Positions 20,870-33,461 of a stretch of 64,000 bases of DNA are shown one piece after another; the stretch's first letter is position 1, and each line of letters begins with the position of its first letter. This stretch comes from Phyllosticta citribraziliensis (lineage: Eukaryota). The stretch covers positions 682,001 through 746,000 of the forward strand of contig NW_027117345.1 of the NCBI RefSeq assembly GCF_038025025.1, written 5' to 3'. The notes under the pieces were generated by a model that made no database searches, was not told the DNA's origin, and saw nothing but the letters and a program-made list of their open reading frames with translations. The translations under genes were made by a program, and so were the position numbers.

Positions 20870-23800
20870 CTAAGACGGCTGCTGTTGCTGCTGAACTTGC
20901 GGCTTGTTCAGATCACCCTCTCGACTCTGCCGCCCTCGCACAGATCCGCCGCCGCGACTTCTGCCTCCGCCACGCCGAGGGCCCTTGGGCGCGCTCATAG
21001 ACGGTGCCGTGGAAGTCTTCGAGGCCGGCTGGTCTGCTGATTTGGCCACTACGTCGGTGCCGCCACCGCTTTTGGTGGTCTTCGAGGTGCCACCAACCTT
21101 GGGCTGGCTGTCGACGTCAGTTGCCTTCTTGCTCTTCTCTTTTGGTTGCGGTCGTCGACTTTCCGCAATCGAGTCGCCTCTCTCATTCTTCTTTGCCGAG
21201 CGCCCTGCGCCTGCGGCAGAAGAAGACGCGTCGGTAGCGTCTTTTCTTTGGACGTTCCCTGCACCGACGTCGCCACCGCCACCTCTGCCCCCTTTGTTTT
21301 TCCCCTTGGAACCCTTCTTCTTTCCCTGGTCCCTCTCAACGGTCTTGTTCCTCGCTGCCTCGATCTCCATGACCCTCCTACTCTCCTTATCCCACCATTC
21401 CTGGAACTCTTGCTCTTGCTGAATCTCTTGAAGGCTGCGCTTCGCCGCCGCGTCTTTGATCATGGCCTTCTCGGCTGCCTGCATCGACAGAATCTCCTGC
21501 ATAGACAACTGCAGGGACGGTTCCGACTGCTGCACTTGTTGAATGTGGCGGATTGATTGCGGCGGCTGAGATACAAGGGCGGATTTGTTGATTGCAAACC
21601 CCTTCCCATTAGAAGAGGGAGCTGAAGTGAGCTTTGTATTATCGTTGGACACGTGGGAAGATGATTGGGGGCGTTGAGGAGTTGATGGCGTCGGACGTTG
21701 TGTTTGTGTCGGAGAAGTTTTGGCCTTTGCGGCTGGTCCGTCCTTCGCAATTGTTTGACGCATGGTCAGCTGAGGAGTATTCGGCTGGCTAGTCTTCTGC
21801 TGGCAAGGAGAAGATTGCGTGGGTGTTTCAATCGGAGGAATGGGAGACACAGCCTTGGTGGCCGGAGATTTCATCTGCCAAGGGGACGTGGGTTTGGTTC
21901 CTTCGAGTGCGCTTGCAAGATGCGATGCGGTGACATGTTGCTGTTGCTTCTTGCGCTCCTTTTGTGACAGCTTCGCAAAAGATGCCCCTGCGCCTCGATC
22001 CTCCCTCTTTTCCTGGGCTGAAAGGGCAAGTGAAATATTTGAGGGCTTATCAGAGCTCTCGGCAGACATGATGGCCTTCAAGTCCAGCTTGCTCGTCGAC
22101 AAGGAGGCTGTCCCCCAAGGCTTATCAGGTGCCCGGTGAGATGGGGTGCTGGCCGAAGGGAATCCATCGTCCGCCAACCACGAGCTGTTTGATTGTATGC
22201 TGGGTACTATCGCTGGAGTTGCTTCTTGATGCTTGCCCGATGGAGAGACAACTTCGTGGTCCAGCTCCAAAGTTTCTGAGGGCTGAAATTTCGACGCGAC
22301 ACTCCCACTTGGTTCACCGGCCAAGTCTACCTCGTCGTCCATGTCGAACATAAGGTCCGCGGTTGCGTTATTCCCTTCGGCCGACGGCCTAATTGACGGG
22401 CTATCTGGGATGATCTTCGTGTCTTTTCCTGACCGTCTGCGGTACTTTTGCTGGAGGGGAGAACTCGACAACTCGTCCAAGCTGCCAGGCCTGAAAGACA
22501 TTGGTCCTCGACCAACGTCCTCGGCATATTTGTTCTGGAGTAATATTGCGTCGACTTTGGCTCGTCTCCGACGGTCTATCTGTTCTGCCAGACCCGGGTA
22601 CTTTTCCAGTAGAAGAAACTCGGCCCTACCACTTCTTGCGAATGGCATGTACGCCAATTGATTTTCGCGGACAACTTCATCCAGCTCGACCAGAAGGTCG
22701 TCATCCAGTTCGTCGAGAACGCCGGTCTGAAGGACTGCTTCCAAGCTTAGGCAGGCGTATTCGAGTGCCGCGTCCTTGAACTCCGTCACAGCACACGGCG
22801 AGATGGCATTGAGCAGTTGGCAGACGTTGCGCACAGTAACTACAATCAATTAGCAAGAGCTAAAAGGTGACGGACTTGCACTCTTACCATGACGGCCAAT
22901 CACTTGTTGACAGACTTGAGACAGTCTATCCAACATGAGCTCGTTTGCGACTGACAAGACATCCATGATGTGGTCCAGGTACTCGTTTAGAGCAAGAGCC
23001 TCTCCGAGATTGTCTGAAACGAAGTCGTGGAAGATCTCATCGCCAGCATCTGCATATAAATAGTGCAGGACAAGCTCAAAGATTTGTTTGTCAATATGTT
23101 CCAGGTCAACCTTGATGGCTTGACCAGGTTCCGACCGCCTTCCTTCGAGCCATCGACCAGCGGCGCGGCCTTTGAAAAGGCCCTCGAAGAATGGACACCG
23201 CTGGACCATTAGCGCACTGTGGACCGGAATTTCTCCATCTGCAAGTTGCACGATGACGTCCGCATCCTCGAAGAACGCATCGTCTTGAATGGCGTGTTGC
23301 ATATCCTGGGTCAAGGATCGTCGAGGTTTGATCATTTGGCGTGCTGCCGGTTCCAACTGCTTCAGCTCCAGCTTCGCTGCCAATCTCATCAGCTCTGTCC
23401 GGACTTGACGGTAACGCAGCGCCATGTGTGGAGACTGTCTCGTATAGTGCCAAAAGTCGACCACATTGTCCGTGTAGGCATAGAGGACGAAATTGAACAT
23501 AGTCAGCGAGTCCGCGCCGTGCAGAGTCATTGCAACTCGGCCAGATTCTTCTATACTGAAAGACACCAAATCTCCAAATTGCGGATCCGAGAGCGTGTGA
23601 GAACCAGATTTCCGAAGCGCGGACAACGCTTGCCGCAGGACCTTGCTGCGACTTGCAATGATAAATTGATGGGCTGGGATCCGAGCATCGGCGAGTGATG
23701 ATGCAACTACCATGTCGTACTCCGAATCTTCTTCCGCCCACTTGATAGCATCTGCAAGGTCTTGGTCAAAGTCGTTCGAATCCAGGGCACGTCTGATGAG

Positions 23801-25999
23801 ATGGTGAAATCCAAGAGACTTCTCATGATTGGGAGAGTCCGAGCTGTTGGAATGCACATCGACTCCCTTAAACCAATCGTTGAAGGGCAGCAGGGGCTGG
23901 ATGTCTTCCCAAAGAGCTTGCTCATCAACCAATACTTGTTTTCTCGTGACGTCACAGTCCTTGCGGACAGCGGCATATGCACCAAATGCAGAGGCTCGGA
24001 CGGCGACGACTCTTGTAAGGCCAGGCACACGCTGAAACTTGTAGTCTTTCGGCTTGTAGTCACCAGTTCCAGAGGCCGTTGCATCCTTGATCTTGGTTCT
24101 TTTGACTCTGCGCCAAACGGTGCCGGCATCGGTGGTGAGAATAATAGATCCATCTTGGTCAACGTCGACATCGCGCGCGGCCATATGGCCCTTCTTCAAA
24201 GACCATATGCGGTAAGGCTGGGATAGAGCGCCCCGGATTTTGCTTGGGTTCGTCGTAGATGTATCTCTATCTTGAGCTGTTTCAGAGCGCTTGTTGACAG
24301 TGACGGTGTAAACTTCTCCGGCTGTAGACATGGCGCAAATAGAATCTCCTCCGGAGACAATCTTGCAGATTTGGTTGGGTTTACTGTCGTACTTTGTGGT
24401 AAGGAAGCTCGACTTGAGGAAGTGGTTTGAGAAGCCATCCAGAGGGAACGATATCTTCGCATAGCCGTAATTTGCAAAGACCCAAACTTCGTGGTTTTCT
24501 AAAAGGCAGGTCGTGGCCCTGTCGATGGCGCTAACTGACCTAATGGGCGAAGTGAATAACGAAGCAGCGACACGACGTGGAGTGACCTGGAATTGAAGTG
24601 ATCGTGCGTCGGAGTCGACAATCCCTAGTTGGCCTTCGTTTTTTCCGAACGTGTAGAGAGCAGACGAGGTATGCGTCACCGAGTGAAGTCTTGAGGCAGC
24701 GACACCTGTGACAATCTCCTTTTTCAGGGGACCAAATATCTGTCGCGGCAACGTTTGGATCGGCTCCTCATCTTTTACGGCGGTCCTTGGCAGACTGTAT
24801 CCTAATTGCCCGTACGCATTGTTACCCCAAGAAAAGATCTCCCCCTCGTCCGAAATGGCTAGCGTGTGGTTTTGGCCCAAAGCAACCGCGAGAACCCGCT
24901 TGTGTGCAAGTCCTCCTCCTTCGATACACACAAACTGGAATTGGGTTGTCTCAGTGCCTGTTCCGAGTCGACCACCGGGTCCATGGCCGCAGATGTACAG
25001 ATTCGCCACTGGATCTGAAGTAATCACAGCCGTGTGGAGCTTAGAAAGCTGGACGTCCTGGACGACCAATGGGGTGCTTCGAATGAAGGTTGGGAGATCA
25101 GAAACCATCAGGTCATGAGAATTTGGGAGCTGTCGTTCAGGATCTTCCATGTATTGTCTCTCCAGATGCTCTCGATAAAATCGCTTGAGAAGATGGTCCG
25201 GCCGCCGGAGAACTGGACGTTCGGGGTGTTGCCTATCGTCCTCATCGCCAAATCCCAGTGTGACGTTCCTGTTACTCCCGAACATGAATAATTCGTCCCC
25301 AGCAATATCCACCGATGGCGCAAGTTTCCGTCGAGCCGGTCGGTCGTCATCTCCAGAGTCTTCGTACATCCAGGTTTCCTCGTGGTCGCCCTCGTCCCCA
25401 CTGCCAGTCCATTCATGGAGTTGAGGGCGCAAAGTGCGGTCCTTGATGGTAGTGGCGAACAGGTCCAACGGTCCGTTGTTTTCGCGATCTTTGATTTTCA
25501 CAAGTCCGCCAGCATGAGCAACCACTCCGCCGGTACCATGACCAAGCGCATCTTTGACGTCGCGGTCAATGATTGCGCGCGCGATCGAAATATTGCCAAA
25601 GTAAAAAGCTCGATGCAATGATGTCCAACCGTTTTCGAAGTCTTGGGCGTAAAGGTCAATCTGAGGATGTTCCAAGAGCGCAGTGGCGAAATCGAAGGAG
25701 CTCTCACTGGTCGAAGTTGCAGCGTGGTGGAGGACGGTCAGACCGTTGCCATCCTTGGAATTGATATCTGCCCTGGTCAACGTGATGAATCCTCTGTATC
25801 TGGTCGCGAGGTCCGCCTTTGGCCGTGTCATCATCGTTGGGCTCGTTCCTAGACTGCTTGGGCTTTCTAGGCTGGTGGCGAGATTGGATGGGCCAGCGCT
25901 CCGTCTCGACGACGGTGGCGCGCGAAGATTGCCTTCCAGCAGGTGCCGGAAGTTCTCGAGGTCATCTTCGAAGTAGTATTTCCAAAGATGTCCACTCAT
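20870..25999 (-). CDS. btb1: Ankyrin-RCC1-BTB/POZ protein (S. pombe Btb1 / IBTK-like Cul3 adaptor); intron 22840-22887
   Basis: Ankyrin repeats (GLTVLHHAA, ENGWTSLHRAFYFGN), RCC1 repeats (GHGPGGRLG, FSWGNNAYGQLG), two BTB domains (IPAHQFIIASRS, VHSALMVQRCPFF) and C-terminal EQEFQEWWDKE; ATG at 25999. Confidence 0.9.
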
Positions 26000-27016
26000 G
26001 TGCAGCAACAGATGTTGGAGACGGGCTTCCGTGTGCTTCGGCGATGAGGCGACCTGGCTATGACTGCGCAGAGTCAAGGCGATTTAAAGGTGCCTGGATG
26101 CGAAGCGCAAGGAAGTCTCCAGGAGCGAAGAGGAGCGCAAGAAGACACTCAACAACGGGCCAGTGGCGGACGCGAACGGGTGCAGGTGGGGCAGCGAGCG
26201 GGACGCGATGACGAGGTCGAGAACGGTCGAGGGGCTTCGGGCGCGGTGCAGGCAGCGAAGACTGGAGGCGGTGGTCGCTTTGGTGAAGCTGGTTTGCAGT
26301 GAAATTGTACAGTCGGGGGCAGGCTTTGAGTCTGGCTGACGGGTGGGCGATTTGTGGTGGACGCGGCGGGCGGAACGGGAGTCGATGAGATAGGATGAAT
26401 AATGCCGCGGATGATGTTCGCGGGACAATCGAAACGCGACCAACAATCCAACAACAACAGTCTTACGTCTGTCACTTTTACGTCGACCACAGACGTTTCT
26501 CATCCGTCTGTCCGTCCATCTGTCCCTTATACCTGCCACCTCGACCCGGCCAACGTGACTGCGACATGCTCCAACACGAACGGCCCGCCAACATGCTTGG
26601 CCGATGAGGGAGAAGAGCTCCCACACGTGCGGCCGCCATTTGGCACAGACTCGTCGACATGACGTCCTCAGGCTTGGTCCTCTACGTTTCAATCAATCAA
26701 TCGATCCGCCTCCACCCTCCGGTCCGCAGCGTTCAGCCTCGGCCATGTATCTACAACAACCCCGCAACATCGCGTCTGGAGCGCGGAGACAAGGCTGCAA
26801 CATGCACTTCACAATGATCGATTGCGCGGAATTGCATGTCGAATGATATTTTGATTGGATTTGATACACTGCTTGTACAATTTCTGTCGCCGGGTGACCG
26901 GAATTATTTACGAAACAAGACCCCATATTACAGAGAAAAGGAATGACGTGGGGATAAGCGCGTCCGCCAACTCTTACGATCCCATTTGCGCCCTGGCTTC
27001 AAAGTCGGATTCCAGT

Positions 27017-27914
27017 TTACATGGCCATCAGCGTTGCGACAAAGGCCGCAAACATGGAGCCGATGGCGATCGTGGTCTTGCCGGAGCCGCTCGTGCTACC
27101 ACTCGCCGAGGCAGACGAGGAAGAGGTAGCCTGCGCAACCTTGATGCCGTAGCTGGTACCGGTCGACACAACCGGCGTAGCAACACCGGGCGAGTTACCA
27201 GCAAAAGTTGTGGTGTAGACCGAGGAAGCAGTCGTGGTAGCCGTGCAGGCAGACCAAGTAGTCCAAGGGGCGTTCGTGGACCAAGGTCCCGAAGTCCAGC
27301 CAGACCAGGAGCTAGGAGGGCATGCAGAGCCTCCCCACCAGTTAGTCCAAGGACCGTTGGTCCACGCGCCAGAGGAGCCAAAGGCACCCCATCCGTTCTT
27401 GCCGTTGCCAAAGGGACCGACACCATTTCCAGGAGCCCAGCCCGCAGCACCGACGCTGCCACCATTGGCGTTGGCCCAGGATGACCAAGCCGAAGGCCAA
27501 GCGCTGCCGCCAGACGTGACGGCGAAGGTGGCTTCAGGGGCAGCAGTGATGGTGACACCGTTGTTCACGCAGATTTGTGCGATAGCTTGGTAGGCGGCTG
27601 GTCCAGAATCATTAGCGTTCCTGCCGAGTCCAAGGGTACAAGCGCCTTACAGTTCTTGTCCGAGTCACTGCAGCTGGAGGAGCCGATGCAAGTGTTGAAT
27701 TCGTCGATGGCCGTGGTGTTCTTGCAGAGGCTGGAACCCTGGTTCCAGTCGTTCCACTTGTTGGCGCAGTTGTTCTGGCGGTGTGTGTTAGCAAAAAGGA
27801 CCCATTGTCAGACTTTTTGGGATGTCAAGGTCATACAGCGCAGTTCGCGGGCCATGCAAATGCTTGGCTGGCCATTGAGGCCACGGCAGCGACGAAGATG
27901 GTCTGAGACTTCAT
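27017..27914 (-). CDS. Secreted, probably GPI-anchored protein with degenerate 6-Cys CFEM-like domain and Trp/Gly-rich segment; exons 27914-27837, 27774-27651, 27597-27017
   Basis: Signal peptide MKSQTIFVAAVASMASQAFA, then WPANCANNCANKWNDWNQGSSLCKNTTAIDEFNTCIGSSSCSDSDKNSAYQAIAQICVNNG, an S/T-rich stalk and hydrophobic C-terminus IAIGSMFAAFVATLMAM; donors GTATGA and GTAAGG in phase. Confidence 0.8.
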
Positions 27915-29795
27915 TTTCAAGTGTGGGGTGATTGTTTCTGTTCTTGTTGTTCTTGGAGAGAGAGGCAGAGAGATGGTGATGGGGCAACAAGAACAGAAGA
28001 GCGGTGTAATTACTTATAGGAAAAGAGGCCCAACGGAGCCAACGTCATTAGACTGACAGGCGGTTGCAGGAAGAGACGTCGCTGACGCGCTTACCGGACG
28101 TCGGCTGCACTGTCAGCGAGGTGACAGAGAAGGGTCAGCCCTATGTCGGACATGGAGGAGCGGGGAGCCGCTAGACGCCAACAGTGAGATTGACGCGTGT
28201 TTCCTGGCCAAATTGTTTAGTTTGTGGCCACTGGTCCAGCCACCGACACTTGAGTAGCCAGTCGGCCGAGTCGTCGACGACACCAGCCACCCTCCAACGA
28301 CGACGTCAAGTCCCTGCGCCTCTTCCTGCTGACTCTCTGGCACCTTGACAACAAGACGAAATGCATCCTACTGGCCCCTGGGTCATCTCTTGCGCTGTTG
28401 GAGACTTGACGGTTGAGCTTGCAACACCACTCACGACATTCCTACGGCTCCCTCGGCCACTATTCGTCTTGTCGCCTCCTCTTCTTCTGCTGCACAAGGA
28501 AACTGAAGAGTTTCCGGCAACCCAGGTAGCGAGCGCGGAACTCGGATCGTGGCAAGCACCGCTTCAATGGCTCTGGATCCGGTCCGGATAGCCGTTGGTC
28601 CGCTTCTTGGATGGCGCCATGACGAAATCTCTGAGTGGTTTTTTCTTTTTCTCTCCATCTCCTCCGACGCGTTAGTTGGGCACTTTTTGGGGGAGGGTGG
28701 CTTCGAAGACACAGTGCTGAATTGCTTTTACGCGATAGTCTAGGCTGGGGGTCGGGCGTCGGTATTGGTGTCCCTGATGATTGATACCGCCTCTGGCTGA
28801 TGAGTGCGTTGCGCTCTGCAGCGTACGTTGCTTTTGATCAAGTGATTTGCTCTTCCTCGCCGCCTCATCATCCAAACCCTGGTCATCCGTCGCAGAAGTG
28901 CCGCGATGCATCCCAAAGAAGATATTGGATATCGACTTAATGACATTAGACATCAGACATTGAGATATTGTTTTTTTCATGACAAGCTGCGGATGAAATC
29001 CTGGAAGACCTTGAAGATTCCCGAGAACGCGAGCAATAGTCCACTGTGCTCCCATGGCGCTCATCATGCTTGTTACATCATGACACACTGATTTACGATG
29101 GAAATAGGCAGGCGATTTGGCCTGTGGCCATGTGGGCGCCATGGTGACGAATGCTCTCGCCATGGTGACGACTGCCAAAGCGGTGGGCAACCGGCTGATG
29201 TTTTGCCTAATCTCGGCGGTGATACAAAGATGCCGTGGGACTCGACTGTTGAGACGACAGCATGGACGGCTATGCTACAAAGGGAAGAAGAGGAGTGCAG
29301 TCAAGCATTGCCAGCGGGGATCTCACCTTGCATGCCCAGCTTCTAGCTCCCGCGACTCCATTTGGCACTGACGCGGCCGCTGCAGACTGTCGAGGGTCAG
29401 TTGACCGTATGCTGAGCACAGAAATGTCCATTGATTTCTGGGGTCTATGCGAGTGCTTACAACATAAAGCTCCGTCAAGCAGACACAGAACCGTCATGGT
29501 GGAAGCTTTGGTCCCTGCATGCCGGTCAAGCGGCACTAGCACCAGCCACGCGGGCGGATCCATTCCAGCATCCCTCCAGTCGATCCTTTCACCCTTGCAC
29601 GACCCGGCAGACCGTTGATGTGCAATTGATTCTACTTGCGTTGCTCTGAGCCTCATTTCCTGGGTATGCTGAAGTCATCTCTGAGACGCCGATGATCAAC
29701 GCCGAGCCAACCCTCGTGGCTCACACTTCTTTCCGAGTCCTGGCCTTGGCCACCCTTAAAAACGCCACCTCTATCATACATGTGTCCCATGCTTT

Positions 29796-32700
29796 TCACC
29801 CGTCGACATCTACGACTTCACATATCAAGTCGTGGAGAGCCTCCTTGAGCGACTGATTGTGTGCCATGACGAAGAACAACTCCTCCATGACCGGGGCGAA
29901 GGCCTTTCGCACCAAATTTTCTCCCTGCACGCTGACTGTTTTCTCGCCACCGCCGTCTCCGGCATCAACGTCAACGCCCGCCTCCGCACCCCGCCCCGCA
30001 GAAACCACGGCCAAGCGTCGAGCGAGGTTGCGCAGGACCATCACGGATCCCCCCGAAAGACCTTGCGCAACTGTCAGTCCATCGAAGGCCGTATTGAGCC
30101 ATTTCATTTCGCTGAGATGATCCATTCGGGTCCCGTTGAAACCGACATGTCGTCCGTTGGATGGTCCATAGGGCCCGTACGACGCTTGTTGGGGATGCTG
30201 GTCGGTCGTTCGTGCTGGCACAGCCGAAGCTGCGACAGACCGATTGTGTTGGTTCCGTTGCGGGGCCTTTTCTGAGCCGTCTGGCAAATGCGTTATCACG
30301 TGTCTTGCAACGTCGAGAACGGCCGCTCCTTCTCCGTTCCTCGAAAAACGCCGGCAGCCCCCCCAGAGACAGTCGTATTTCTTGTCAGGCGTCGCGCTCT
30401 CCTCTTTCACCCCGTTTGTTGGCGAGTCCTCCACATGCCATTTGCCGTTGGCATCTTTTGAGCATCCAAGATGCGTCGACAGGACGTGGTCCCACATCTG
30501 CTTGGCTTCTTTGACAAATTCGCCACATTCCTCGCCTCTTGCTTTGGATCCATCCGAAAAAGCCGAGTCCGAAAGCCACATGCATTTGATGAACGGTCTG
30601 TTCCGCAGATCCACCGGGATAGTCCTTGGGCGTATTCCCTTGATTGTGTATTTCGATGTGCCCCCGGAATTTACAACCTGTGCCGATGCTGTGGGAAATG
30701 TCGTCGAGACGTTGGTAATGAAATCTTTAGCGGCCATCAGGGGCTTTGGTGGTTTTCCCTGGTTTGCCGGGGGCGCATTGCTGCCTGGAGTTGAGGGAAG
30801 CGAAGATGCCTGATGCTGGGCTTGCGCTTTCTGGATTGGCCCGTTGAATGCTGCATTGTATGCTGTCCAGAGGGCGATCTGGGTTATTTCACCGCTCGGG
30901 TCCTCCTCAAAGCATGTTTTCAGCCTGTGAAGCTTGTCAGATCGTTTTCTGGGACATTTGGCAAAATTCACGTACCACTGTGAGCTGCGGTCAGGTTCAT
31001 CAACAGCAATCAGCTGGTCGATCACCGCACCTGCAAGCTTTGCTGCCGTCTCAGGAGCAGGAGGCGGCGCTCTCGCAGGCAATCGAGATGGAGCGGGCAT
31101 CCTCGTGCTTTGTGCGTTGTGGAGCAGCAGCCGTGTAAGCACTCTGACCAACCCCTCAATATCAACGCTCTCAGCCAGGGTTGCGACGTTCTCGGTTGTA
31201 GTCGTGTAGAGGTAGAGGAAGTCCAGACATGCCTCTCTAAGATGCTCGTCCTCTACAAGCATCCATTCGCATACTTGTTGGACAATCCGAGTAGGGATGC
31301 CTAGGAGCTCGTAGCTTGGGCTTGCACTCATGGCTATGCGCGAGAGAGCACGGAGAGAAGTTATGATGAGCGCTCTGTCGTTCGAGTCTAGTTGTGCAAG
31401 GAGCGTCTGGTAAAGAGGGTGATCGGAGTTGATGATCCAATACCTCGTCAGCTGTTCCGCAATCTCCAAAGCGTAGTGTTTCAATTCCACGACAGAAGCG
31501 CGGCGCGGGAGGTTGAGGGCGATTGTGATGAAGTCTCGGATCTGCGGGAGCTGGGAGACGTAGTAGGCGTTAGCGTCAAGCATGACAAGATTCCGGACGA
31601 CCAAACCGGCCTCGTGGATGCGACCAAGGGCTTCGCTGAAATCCTTTGTTTGGACTTCGTCGTCTGTCAAGGCCAAGAGCGCGTGTGAGTGGATCTTGTT
31701 CAAGATATCCGACGTTCCACTGATTCCATTCAGTGTGTCGTTGCGCTGCAGCAAGGAATCATCCTCGACATAACATATCTCCCATCGTACGCCATAGAAC
31801 AAGGTGCTAATTTCAAGCAACCTCTCTACGAGTGCTTCGGCCAGGCCAGGGAAGCCGTCAAAACGATACTTGTCGCCGCGCTCGTGGGATATTTTTACGA
31901 GATGATGAAGGGCATAAGCTTCCTCCTCGACGTTTCCCGACTTTAGGGCCAGAAGGGCACGAATGTATATATTAGGCCCAGCGAATCCAGCTAAGATGGC
32001 ATCCCATTAGTCACGACCTCAACTTTAAGGGTGAGATTACTTGGTCGACTTACTGCCTGGGAGCATCATCCCTTTATTCGGGTAGGACAGTCCAGACTTG
32101 CGGCTGGCAAGCTTATTCCGTAAATTACGAAAATAGTCGGGGTTGTTGCTAGGCGTTGTAACCGGCTTCACATTGGATGGGAGCACCGGCTTCGGTTCGT
32201 AATTGGCGATCAGACTCGTGATATTGCCACTGGTGCCATGGACACCATTCTGTTGTGAGTAGGAGTTGGTGGCTGGAGTTGGGGAATTATGATGGCCGCT
32301 CGATCGAGTCTGCCGGGTTGCGCTCGCCTCTGGCTGGAAAAGAACCCGCTGTGGAGGCGCATTTCGGAGAGCTGTATGTCGACAGTCAGTCGAATATCGG
32401 TGTGCAAAACTTGCGGTAGTGGACAAGAGAGCAAGTTGCACGGAAGATAGTCATCTGCCCAAGATGTGCAGGATGAGCACCACCACGAGCTTCTCTTACT
32501 CACCTCTAGTAACCCTTCCACCAGTGCTGCCGGGCTCATCAACGTCCATCTTGTCTTCCTTCGGGGTTTTCTGTTCGTCGTCTTCCGACTCGTCGCTGTC
32601 TTTTTCCTGGCCGTTTGCCAAATTTTCCGATCCGCGCTTTGTCGATCCAACAAAGTTCTCCTTGGTGCGCGTAAGCAGATCGCCTCCTCTGGCAGATACG

Positions 32701-33196
32701 TCTTCCAGAATCTCCTTGGGCGGAGGCTCCTTGCCGTGGAAGTTTGTTATCTCGTAGGCGCTGCGCTGTCGGTCAGCCTCGCGGGCACGGATGCGGTGGG
32801 GGATGCAAGGGCGTACGCACGCAAGGTTCTTGTAGTAAATAGTCTTGATCAGAAAGGCTTGTGTGGGGGGGTTGGCGTGCGAGGGGAGGAATTCAGCAGC
32901 AATCCTCCGCCATGCTAGCCTGTTGTTCTTGGTATCGGAAACGCGATCGTACCCGCCTTCTTCGCAGACGCGCTCGTAGAGGCGCAAGAGGTTGATTTGG
33001 CGTTGGCCAATCTTGGGGTCGCGCTCTAGGGTTGTGCTGCGACACGAGTGAGCGGTTGACCCAGATGGCGTCGTGCAGCAAAAGTAGAGACGTACCCTCT
33101 GGATGCGTGATAGTGCTCAAGCCTGGTGAGGAAATCGTCGTAGCTGGAGCTGGAAGATGTGTCTGTGGAGGGTTCGCGCGGTCTGGCCGGTGCCAT
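29796..33196 (-). CDS. RSC9: RSC chromatin-remodelling subunit Rsc9 (ARID + armadillo-like + RFX-like + C2H2-like); introns 33037-33095, 32761-32820, 32372-32503, 31991-32053, 30925-30975
   Basis: ARID domain (INLLRLYERVCEEGGYDRVS..W..IKTIYYKNL), MLPGTGFAGPNIYIRALLALKSG, WLKTCFEEDPSGEITQIALWTAY and KYTIKGIRPR. Confidence 0.92.
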
Positions 33197-33461
33197 GGTG
33201 ATGGGCGAAACGAGCAAAGAGGGCAGGTCTCATGCGCGGCGCGGTGACAGGCCCGACGCGCACGATCAACGGGACGTGCAGCACAACGGATCCGGAACGA
33301 GTTACGAGAGGTCCCAGTCTTGGTTCGGTCGCTTCCTTCCTTGCCTGCCCGCCCTCGTCAAGCATGCCCCTTTGGGACTAGCCCGGACTCTGCTCGACCT
33401 TGGGCTGTGACTTCAAGGAAATCAATCAATCCATCCTCACCTCACCTCACTCACCATCGTC

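Noticed and set aside
28000..29790. Short ORFs between the CFEM-like gene and the RSC9 3' end (e.g. 28672-29190)
   Set aside because: No coding-like composition or convincing splice structure; most likely a long promoter for the surface-protein gene.
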